A stretch of 64,000 bases of DNA, from positions 4,867 through 68,866 of the forward strand of contig CAWDHY010000002.1 in assembly GCA_963802255.1 (NCBI GenBank), written 5' to 3'. This DNA comes from Candidatus Magasanikiibacteriota bacterium (lineage in GTDB: Bacteria > Patescibacteriota > Patescibacteriia > Magasanikbacterales > GWA2-37-8). How positions within the stretch are numbered: the first letter of the stretch is position 1; every line of letters starts with the position of its first letter. Both the position numbers and the translations under genes were made by a program. The notes under the pieces were generated by a model. It made no database searches and was not told where the DNA came from. It saw only the letters and a list, made by a program, of their open reading frames with translations. Shown here one piece after another: positions 28,001-36,007 of this stretch.

Positions 28001-29488
28001 TTATTTAGTTCTTACTTCCACTTCAATATCTTTTTTAAGGCTAATACTTGTTTCATATTTATTATCACCGTGTCTTCCGGCCGGCTCTCCCGGAGAAGCA
28101 AACGCCAGACTATTGGCAAAATTCAATTTTAACGTCAATTTCACATTATTCGTTCCCAATTGCTTTTGCACGAGCAGACGATAATCATTTGCTTTCAACC
28201 TTTTCACAACTTCCGGAGATACATAAAATTCAAAAGATAACTCTCCCGTATGGCCCGGCTCAATGGAAATAAAAGTGCCGTACCACTGACGACCATTTTC
28301 AACACCTTGGTCGATAACGCCGGATTCAGAACTTTTGTCGGTTTTCATGGAACCGCTTGTTTTGATCAATTTACTTCCAATCGGTACGTAAACCCGCGCA
28401 TAGTCACGATATCTGGTTGTACGCCAGTCAAATTTGCCGCGATGATTAAATGTCATCTTCGCTTTTGCGACATATTCACCGTCACTTGTTTGATACAGCT
28501 CATAGGTAAGCTCTCTTTCAATCGCTACATCGGTTTTTAACGCTCCTAAGTTGGCATCGACCCACAGTAAATAGTCATAGCTGACTCCGGACATCTCACC
28601 GGCCCAATTTTTGCTTTCAAAAATTTGCTGAAAATCATTATTAGGCGAATATAGCATCATTTGTTTTTCAGCCAGCATTTTTTCGACCAATTCTTTATAT
28701 TCACCCCAGTGCATGAAGGCATTTTTTGCGGTATTAACAATTACCATTTTTGCCAAATCAACCAGCATTTTTTTACGCTGTTCAAATGGTACGTTACTCT
28801 TGGCAAAACCATACTCAACTTCATATTCCAATTTCTCGGTAAAATTATCCGCGGTAAATTCCATTCCATTTACCGTAATCGGTCCGGTTATGCGCAACAG
28901 GTCTTCAACTAAATTAGGTGTGAAACCAATGACCGCGTCAATATCTTCGGCCAATACGCCTTTTTCTTTTCGATAAAGATCAAGTGATTTTGCGGCGGAA
29001 ATCTTAAAATCAGGCGACCAGTTTGAGTCCCGGAAATACCAGCGGTCAAGACCAAGATACTCACGGATAGGTGCCGGCGGTTCGGATGGAAAATTCTTCG
29101 GAGACAAATTATCAAGCACTTCAGTACCCTCCACTTTTGCAATGTTTGGATTTGCCTTATCCATTGTTACAACCGCATAGGTTCCAATAAATCCGCCGCC
29201 GGGCCGGAGTTCAGTATTATTTAAAAACATTATCAAATATGTCTGCGGTTCGTTTAAGCCGAAAAATTCTTGAACAAAATTTGATGCGGCGGCGCTGGTT
29301 TGCGTGTTGGAGGACCCATCTTCCGGTGGTGTTGTGACGTCAATTGATAAAAACTGCTTTCCTATTTCTTTGATTACCGTCTGCTGTAAACCACCGGAAC
29401 GGTACCAGAAAAAAATAAAAGTACTGCCGGCAACAAACAGGGCCAGAATCGTTAACAATGCAATTTTTACAAACCTTTTGAATGTCAT
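28001..29488 (-). CDS. Hypothetical secreted/membrane-anchored protein (495 aa)
   Basis: N-terminal TM/signal anchor. Sits between mreB and a processive GT2. No catalytic motif recognised. Confidence 0.5.
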   Translation of the reverse strand: MTFKRFVKIALLTILALFVAGSTFIFFWYRSGGLQQTVIKEIGKQFLSIDVTTPPEDGSSNTQTSAAASNFVQEFFGLNEPQTYLIMFLNNTELRPGGGFIGTYAVVTMDKANPNIAKVEGTEVLDNLSPKNFPSEPPAPIREYLGLDRWYFRDSNWSPDFKISAAKSLDLYRKEKGVLAEDIDAVIGFTPNLVEDLLRITGPITVNGMEFTADNFTEKLEYEVEYGFAKSNVPFEQRKKMLVDLAKMVIVNTAKNAFMHWGEYKELVEKMLAEKQMMLYSPNNDFQQIFESKNWAGEMSGVSYDYLLWVDANLGALKTDVAIERELTYELYQTSDGEYVAKAKMTFNHRGKFDWRTTRYRDYARVYVPIGSKLIKTSGSMKTDKSSESGVIDQGVENGRQWYGTFISIEPGHTGELSFEFYVSPEVVKRLKANDYRLLVQKQLGTNNVKLTLKLNFANSLAFASPGEPAGRHGDNKYETSISLKKDIEVEVRTK

Positions 29489-29528
29489 ATTTACCCTGTT
29501 AAATTAACTGCCAAACATCTTAATTAAA

Positions 29529-31022
29529 TTATACCGCTGATCTCTTTTTTGCGGAAACGTTAAAACCGAGATATTTTCCAAACATTAAATGCGTAACGGC
29601 ATCAATACAAGGAATTGCTGAGAATACTATCAATGATACCGGCAATAACGCCCACTGCAAAATCATTATCAGATATTTATACCGCGAATGCCCCGCAGGA
29701 CGACGAGGTAATAAAAGCATGGATAAAATCGCCGAGATAAAAAGACCGAGCATGGCAATTGTCATCATTATTTCCAATACGTGGGGCGTGTTGAAAAACA
29801 ATGCGCTTTGTCTCACTTCTTCCTGCGCTACCCACAGAGGCAGACGGCCAAGCAAAGTGATAAGTATCGCCACCAAAGCCCAACTCCATTTTCCCTCCCA
29901 TTCGTGAAATATCATGGCAAATTTTCTCAACCGGCTGATTTGCGGAAATTTCTTCCATTGCCAAATCAGGTACGGCACATGCTCCACCCCCCATGCCCAG
30001 CGCCGTTGCTGATAATATAAATTTTTTAAACTTTTAAATAATTTATCATCACGCGCCGTATCCATAGAAACCGGAATGTATAAAGGCGTCACTTCATAAT
30101 CACCCTGATAATGAAACCAGCATTGATAAAAAATACGCGAATCTTCACTTACGATATCTTTGGCATGTCCGCCGCAATCTACAAGCGCCTTAAAGCTCAT
30201 GCTATGCGATGAAAATGTAACCATATTATCCAATCGTGCAAGAGAAAACATGGTCCAGAAAGTCGTGCCAAACGCCATAATACGCAAAACCGACGGCGAC
30301 TCCCAGAGATTGTTGTTGTATAAAGTGACAGGTTGAAAAGAGCTGTGGTCCGGCCTGGGATGCCGGCAATACATATAGTTTAAATGAGCAAAATACTGCG
30401 GATGAACAATCGTATCTACATCAAAAGCTGAAACAATAATATCGACATACTGCCACCCGCGCTGATCAGCGTATTTTTTAAACTCTTTTTCAATCCAATT
30501 TAGATGTGAACCTTTGCCGCGTATTTCACCCGGTAGTCCATCGGGGTGTTCATAAAAAATTAAATCAGCAAACTTGCTCCTGTATTCTTCTTGTACAGCG
30601 TCTCTGACTTTCACCCAATGGTCATGCTTTCTCGCTTCTCCGGAAATCACAATGTATATTTTTTCCGCCGGATAAGTTGAATTTAAAATCGCGTTTAAAG
30701 TTGTCGCCACCACTGAAAAACCTTCGTTTAAAAGCGGTAAAAAAATTACATTTTTTTTATTCTCCCAGTCCGGAAAATCATCTTTTAACTTTTTCAACCA
30801 ATCTGTTTTTAACGAGCGGCGGAACCTTCTCCATGACATTATGAGATAAAAAGAAAAATATACCACCCTCAACACCCAATATACATCAAAAACAATAATA
30901 AAATATATCATCCATAACGGCTTAACAAATGACAGTACTACCGCGAATATCAGAGTCAGCCAAATGCTTAATCCGGGGAGCATTTCAAATAAACGGTATT
31001 TGTTAAAATCGGAAACCAACAT
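29529..31022 (-). CDS. Membrane-embedded processive family-2 glycosyltransferase (cellulose/chitin-synthase-like)
   Basis: Two N-terminal TMs, a GT-A domain with D,D motifs, the QQRRWAWG (QxxRW) motif of processive beta-glycan synthases, and C-terminal TM helices. Confidence 0.75.
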   Translation of the reverse strand: MLVSDFNKYRLFEMLPGLSIWLTLIFAVVLSFVKPLWMIYFIIVFDVYWVLRVVYFSFYLIMSWRRFRRSLKTDWLKKLKDDFPDWENKKNVIFLPLLNEGFSVVATTLNAILNSTYPAEKIYIVISGEARKHDHWVKVRDAVQEEYRSKFADLIFYEHPDGLPGEIRGKGSHLNWIEKEFKKYADQRGWQYVDIIVSAFDVDTIVHPQYFAHLNYMYCRHPRPDHSSFQPVTLYNNNLWESPSVLRIMAFGTTFWTMFSLARLDNMVTFSSHSMSFKALVDCGGHAKDIVSEDSRIFYQCWFHYQGDYEVTPLYIPVSMDTARDDKLFKSLKNLYYQQRRWAWGVEHVPYLIWQWKKFPQISRLRKFAMIFHEWEGKWSWALVAILITLLGRLPLWVAQEEVRQSALFFNTPHVLEIMMTIAMLGLFISAILSMLLLPRRPAGHSRYKYLIMILQWALLPVSLIVFSAIPCIDAVTHLMFGKYLGFNVSAKKRSAV

Positions 31023-31025
31023 AAT

Positions 31026-31403
31026 TTATTTTTTATTCTTACCGCCGATATGCGCTTCACCACTGTATTTTGCACTAATATAAACACCGGACTTAGCAGA
31101 TAAAAATTTCTTATCAGCCAACGATGTACTGGTGTCAGAAATGGCAACGACCGGTATATTAAGCGATAATGCCATAGCGTTCGCCACGGTGACGGCGATT
31201 CTTTCAGCTGTAAATCTGCCGGCTCCCACCACCACGGCGACTCCGGTAAGATCATCAATTTTCTTATTATTTTTTTTAAGAACGGCTTCCAAACATGCTA
31301 AAAGAGGTTTTTTACAGCTCGTTTCTTTTTTTACCCAATTATTTTTTTCTTTCAGATAAAAAATAATTTGCTCATTCCGGGAATTGTCAATGATTAATTT
31401 CAT
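31026..31403 (-). CDS. tsaB: TsaB/YeaZ-like protein, minimal (~125 aa)
   Basis: MKLIIDNS...GVAVVVGAGRFTAERIAVTVANAMALSLNIPVV matches the TsaB/YeaZ N-terminal domain. Start moved to the internal Met to avoid overlapping the next gene. Confidence 0.55.
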   Translation of the reverse strand: MKLIIDNSRNEQIIFYLKEKNNWVKKETSCKKPLLACLEAVLKKNNKKIDDLTGVAVVVGAGRFTAERIAVTVANAMALSLNIPVVAISDTSTSLADKKFLSAKSGVYISAKYSGEAHIGGKNKK

Positions 31404-31410
31404 AACAAAA

Positions 31411-32004
31411 TTAACTGACCAAACGGTATTCATCCACTGCGGTAATGTGTTTTGCTTCAAGCAGACCGTACAAAAACTTATCTCCTATTTCACGTCTGTC
31501 AGAAAATTCGCTATGAGACATCACCGTATAGCGCAATTCTCGGCAGATATTTTTTTCAAATTCGCGAACCAATTTAGCTACTACTGCCGGCTTCAATTCA
31601 CCGACTATAAGCATATCCGATTCAACATCTTTCGCTCCGGTAAAATATCCTGTTAAAATTAAAAACTTAATTTTGCCGGCACGTTTTTTTAATTGCTCCA
31701 CAAATTCTCGTTCCTCCAAAATCTGGACTTTAGAAATCAATTCCTTAATCTCCGGGTACAACATACTGTCGCTCTGCATGCGATAATATTTACACCTCTC
31801 CCCGCCTTCCGGATAATCTGACTTTAAAGTCGTGGGTGCGATAAGTCCTATTCGCTCTAAATTGGCGATCTCACGCCGAACGGCATTCATCTGGACACCA
31901 ATCAATCTGGCCAGTTCACGCACGTAATACGCTTTGTCAGGGTGAGCCAAAAAAAGCTGTAAAAGCTTTAATCTGGTTCTTGAACCAAAAATGTGTTCAA
32001 GCAT
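31411..32004 (-). CDS. Winged-helix regulator-like protein with a nucleotidyltransferase-like C-terminal domain
   Basis: N-terminal HTH (YVRELARLIGVQMNAVRREIANLERIGLI); C-terminal KFLILTGYFTGAKDVESDMLIVGE resembles minimal nucleotidyltransferase folds. Weak. Confidence 0.4.
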   Translation of the reverse strand: MLEHIFGSRTRLKLLQLFLAHPDKAYYVRELARLIGVQMNAVRREIANLERIGLIAPTTLKSDYPEGGERCKYYRMQSDSMLYPEIKELISKVQILEEREFVEQLKKRAGKIKFLILTGYFTGAKDVESDMLIVGELKPAVVAKLVREFEKNICRELRYTVMSHSEFSDRREIGDKFLYGLLEAKHITAVDEYRLVS

Positions 32005-32136
32005 ATATTTCTACTAATTCATTATATTTAACCAATTTATATCCATAAAACCGGCGTAATAAATATCCACTGTTTTATGGACGCCTTTTCGCATATATAG
32101 TATAATAAAAAAGGCTTATTTAGTCAAAGAGGTCTT

Positions 32137-34383
32137 ATGAACCCTGCACTCCAATTAAACGAGTTTTTTGTTGAAGGCGACAATCAGGAGCTTTCGCATG
32201 TTTTATTGCATATCATACAGCCTTCTACTCCGGAAGAGGAAAAAGAAAAAGGCTATTTTTTTGTTGCTTGTGAAATAAATAACGGAGACAAAGAGGATGT
32301 ATTTAACTTGCAGGCTCTTATGGACCGGGTGGAAAATGACTATTACGAGATTCCGAATGAGCCAAATAAAGATTCATTGGAGATAATATTAGATAAAATC
32401 AATCACGACAATTTCGCATTAAACAGCCCTGATTCCGAATTGCATTGTCTGGTGGGGGCATTGCGCGGCAATGAATTGGTATTTTCTTTCTGCGGCCGGC
32501 CGGAAGCGATTCTGTTCTACAAAAATAAATCCGGCCAATTCCAAAAAATGGATTTGGTGGCTGCCAACGAAGAAGACGCCGATGAGGAGAAGCTTTTTTC
32601 ACAAATAATTCAGGGTCACGTCAGCTCAGGCGATTATTTTTTTGCCGGCACTTCACATATAGCGAGCTGTTTCAACCACGACCGTCTTCAAAAAATTGTA
32701 ACCGGCGGAAGAACCACCGAACAAAGCGCCGAACACTTTGAAAAAGTGCTTGCCGGTATAAAAAACGGTTATTCATTTGGCGGTCTGATAATGCATTTCG
32801 AACCGGACGTAAATATAGAAAAGGCTGATAAGATTTCCAGAGTTGCGAGTGAAAATACGATATTTAACGCTGAACAAAAAACCGCGCGTACCCTATCCCC
32901 TTCCCTTTTTGACAATTTGAACAATAAAGTAAATGAATCGGAAGATGACGAAAATAAAGATTCTACTGAAGAACATGAAAAAACCGCGATTCAAATTGCA
33001 TCCGCTCACCTTAGACAAAGACCAGTAGTAAAAACAGCTGAACCTATCGGAGAAAAAATATTTGTCATCTTAAAAATCATCGGAAAAGGTTTGCGCTATA
33101 TCGGATATGGTATATATTATTTTTTCTTCATTTTAGCGAAACTGGTTATCAATTTCGGCAGATTGATTATAATGCTCTTTCTTGTGGCCACCAATATTCA
33201 GAACCGACGCCGGGCCATTCTTGAATCATGGGGAGACAGTATAAAAACGTTTAAAAAGCGAATCCATCAGTTGCCCCTAATTACGAAGATTTTAGCTATT
33301 GCGTCAGTTATTTTTGCCATTGTTTTTGTTGGAAGTGTTTTGTATCTTCAGGCGCAAAAAAATCAGGCGGAAGAAAATAGGACTTACCTTGAAGGTCTTC
33401 AACTGGTAAAAAATAAAACTGATGCGGCAGAAAGCGCACTGATATATGGGGATGAAAATAGTGCAAAACAGCAGGCAAATGACGCAAAAAATTTAATGGC
33501 TACATTTGCATGCCAACCAACTGATACGCAAATTTGTGACGAAATATCCGAGCGTTTGTCCGCTCTCTCACAAAAGCTAAGCCGAATGGATATTGTTGAT
33601 ACAGCTATTATAGTCGATTGGGGGGCGCTTGGATTTAACGTAAGCGAAAAAATTCTTAAGGTAGAAAGTAAAATTATCGGTTTTTCTTCAAATACCTCAA
33701 CTATCGCGGTATATGATCTCTTAACCAAAGAAAGTAAATTTATCACTGCGTCGGAAAATATTTTTAGCGGATTCATTGCCGGCGCCGTGCCGAAAGAAAA
33801 TGATTATGCGGTTCTTCTCGCTTCAGATAAAAAATCAATTGCAATATTTGATCCAAAAACTTCAACCGTAAAAAAAGGCGAAATCAGCTACAGCGGAAAT
33901 CCTGAAATTAAAGCATTACTCATTTATAACAGACGCTTATATTCTTTGGACACTTTATCAAATCAGATTTACCGGCACGACAATATTAAAGACGGCTTCG
34001 GACAAGGAAAAAACTGGCTACAGGAGGCCGGTACCAATGTCCGCGAGGGTGTGGATATTGCCATAGATGGAGACCTTTATGTTCTTAAGTCAACCGGAGA
34101 ACTTATGAAGTTTGCCCAAGGAATACCACAACTGCTGAATCTTGAAACGCCGGAACCGCCGCTTGATTCGGCAAATGAAATTTGGACTTACACCGATTTT
34201 AATAGTATTTATTTGCTCGATGCAAAAAATAAGAGGATAATTATCTATGATAAAACCGGCAAGTTTTTAAGGCAGATGACAGCCGATGATTTTACCGGCC
34301 CAACATCTTTTGTTGTTGAAGAAGCTAAAAAAGATATTTTTGCGCTTGACTCGAACAAAGTATTACTGATTGAATTGAAATAA
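32137..34383 (+). CDS. Large membrane protein (748 aa): cytoplasmic N-domain, central TM helices, C-terminal beta-propeller-like (NHL/YVTN-like) repeat domain
   Basis: Hydrophobic segments at ~aa 305-350 and 380-405. The C-terminal ~300 aa contains repeated hydrophobic-x-IYD-like strands, e.g. SIYLLDAKNKRIIIYDKTGKFLRQM, KALLIYNRRLYSLD, DIAIDGDLYVLKS. Confidence 0.55.
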   Translation: MNPALQLNEFFVEGDNQELSHVLLHIIQPSTPEEEKEKGYFFVACEINNGDKEDVFNLQALMDRVENDYYEIPNEPNKDSLEIILDKINHDNFALNSPDSELHCLVGALRGNELVFSFCGRPEAILFYKNKSGQFQKMDLVAANEEDADEEKLFSQIIQGHVSSGDYFFAGTSHIASCFNHDRLQKIVTGGRTTEQSAEHFEKVLAGIKNGYSFGGLIMHFEPDVNIEKADKISRVASENTIFNAEQKTARTLSPSLFDNLNNKVNESEDDENKDSTEEHEKTAIQIASAHLRQRPVVKTAEPIGEKIFVILKIIGKGLRYIGYGIYYFFFILAKLVINFGRLIIMLFLVATNIQNRRRAILESWGDSIKTFKKRIHQLPLITKILAIASVIFAIVFVGSVLYLQAQKNQAEENRTYLEGLQLVKNKTDAAESALIYGDENSAKQQANDAKNLMATFACQPTDTQICDEISERLSALSQKLSRMDIVDTAIIVDWGALGFNVSEKILKVESKIIGFSSNTSTIAVYDLLTKESKFITASENIFSGFIAGAVPKENDYAVLLASDKKSIAIFDPKTSTVKKGEISYSGNPEIKALLIYNRRLYSLDTLSNQIYRHDNIKDGFGQGKNWLQEAGTNVREGVDIAIDGDLYVLKSTGELMKFAQGIPQLLNLETPEPPLDSANEIWTYTDFNSIYLLDAKNKRIIIYDKTGKFLRQMTADDFTGPTSFVVEEAKKDIFALDSNKVLLIELK

Positions 34384-34451
34384 TTTTAAAAAAAAATCCG
34401 CTTGCGGCGGATTGTGGTGAAAAAAATACTCAGCCCGGAAGCTGGGTATTT

Positions 34452-35381
34452 TTACATCCAATTTTTCTTTTTAAAAATTGCCACCATCGTTATAACTTCC
34501 AAAGCCATCAAGCCGCAAATAATCCAAAAACCGTAAGGCAAATCAACAAAAGGCCGACCATTGGCATCTATGGCAAATATGGTAGCAATCAAGGTTAGAG
34601 GAAAAGTGATTACTGAAATAATAGTCAATGTCTTCATTACGTCGTTTGTGCGCAAGGAAAGAATCGACTCGTTGGTTTCGTGCAAAGCATTTATGCTTTC
34701 TTTTTGACTTTCAAGCATGTGCCAAATTTCATTTGTGAACTCCCGTAAATTATTTATGTAATTTTGATAATTCATCAAATCCAGCTCTCTGCCGCTGTAC
34801 ATAATAAGCCGTTCAAGAACGGTGCGGTGTCCCTGCATGGTACGCCGAAAAGTGACAATATTGGTTTTTAATCTAAGAATCTCCTCGGCCATTTCACGGC
34901 CGCTAATTTTTCCAAACAGCTTTTTATCTACCGCATTAATATCTTCATTTACATGAAGAAGTATCGGAAATATCGCATCGAGCAGACGGCTTAATAATTC
35001 AAAAAGGATATGGACTGATGTACCCTGAAAAAAGTCTTTTCTGCGTTCAGGGTATTTTTTACATTCATTAAAAAATTGCTCAAGTATCGGCAGTTGAGAA
35101 TCGTGTGCCGTAATCAGACAATTTGCACTAAGAAAAAAATCGACTTCAGTAAAACCAAGACGCATGGTATCGCGGTTAAACACCGGAAAATGCAAAACCA
35201 TGAAATAATAATTGGGCCGTTTTATAATTTTAGCCCGCTGATAAGGAGGCAAGCTTTCTTTAATGTCCTGATCCGCTAAACCAAAACGTTTCTGGATCTG
35301 ACCTAAATCCTTTACGGTTTGCTTCGCGACATTGACCCAAAGAAGGCCATTCTGTTCAATTTCTCTGATATGTTGTTGCAT
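34452..35381 (-). CDS. CorA-family divalent cation transporter homolog with a non-canonical selectivity motif
   Basis: Overall length, two C-terminal TMs and the MKTLTIISVITFPLTLIATIF...FKKKNWM tail closely parallel CorA, but the position of the conserved YGMNF motif reads FAIDA. Confidence 0.65.
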   Translation of the reverse strand: MQQHIREIEQNGLLWVNVAKQTVKDLGQIQKRFGLADQDIKESLPPYQRAKIIKRPNYYFMVLHFPVFNRDTMRLGFTEVDFFLSANCLITAHDSQLPILEQFFNECKKYPERRKDFFQGTSVHILFELLSRLLDAIFPILLHVNEDINAVDKKLFGKISGREMAEEILRLKTNIVTFRRTMQGHRTVLERLIMYSGRELDLMNYQNYINNLREFTNEIWHMLESQKESINALHETNESILSLRTNDVMKTLTIISVITFPLTLIATIFAIDANGRPFVDLPYGFWIICGLMALEVITMVAIFKKKNWM

Positions 35382-35474
35382 AATGCAATTATTATATCAT
35401 ATTTTTATTGTCAAGCAAAATACCCTCAAATATGATTGTCTGGGGATAGATTATTGTGATATAATAATGTTGAT

Positions 35475-35999
35475 ATGAATCAAAATATAGCTGAAAAAAA
35501 CCTAACCCCGGGCCCAGAACCGGAGAATTTGTTAAAGCGTTCAGAAACGCCCGCTATTCATATGGAAGAAGAACCGTTAAAAGAGGCGGTTGAGGAACAG
35601 GAAAGTCTGGAAGAAATAAAGCAAACTGAAATAAAAGAAGGAGGAATTTTACCAAAACCTAAACAGCGCCGCCGAACATCTGTCACTCCGCCCACCCCTC
35701 GTGATGCGCTTACTGTCCAAGTTGAGGGTATTCTTGCCGCGGGGTTGAAAGATACTTATGAAAAATTACCGCCGATCGCCCAGCAGGAGTTTAAACTCAA
35801 GGGAGAAGAAACCGCTGGAAAAATCCGCGAGCTATTACGGTCAACCAAGATAAAAGTAAAAAAAATATTCCGCTTAATAATTGAATGGCTGATGCTTTTA
35901 CCAAGTGTAAATCATTTTTTTCTTGAACAGGAAGCAAAAATTAAAACCGATAAAATTATTGAACTTAAAAAGCTCGACAATGAAGGACCCCATAAATAA
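35475..35999 (+). CDS. Hypothetical protein (174 aa); acidic N-terminus, one C-terminal hydrophobic segment
   Basis: Extended -10 (TGaTATAAT) and a TTGTCA-17-TATGAT promoter directly upstream. Its stop is 9 nt before the coupling-protein-like gene. Confidence 0.45.
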   Translation: MNQNIAEKNLTPGPEPENLLKRSETPAIHMEEEPLKEAVEEQESLEEIKQTEIKEGGILPKPKQRRRTSVTPPTPRDALTVQVEGILAAGLKDTYEKLPPIAQQEFKLKGEETAGKIRELLRSTKIKVKKIFRLIIEWLMLLPSVNHFFLEQEAKIKTDKIIELKKLDNEGPHK

Positions 36000-36007
36000 A
36001 TAACATT

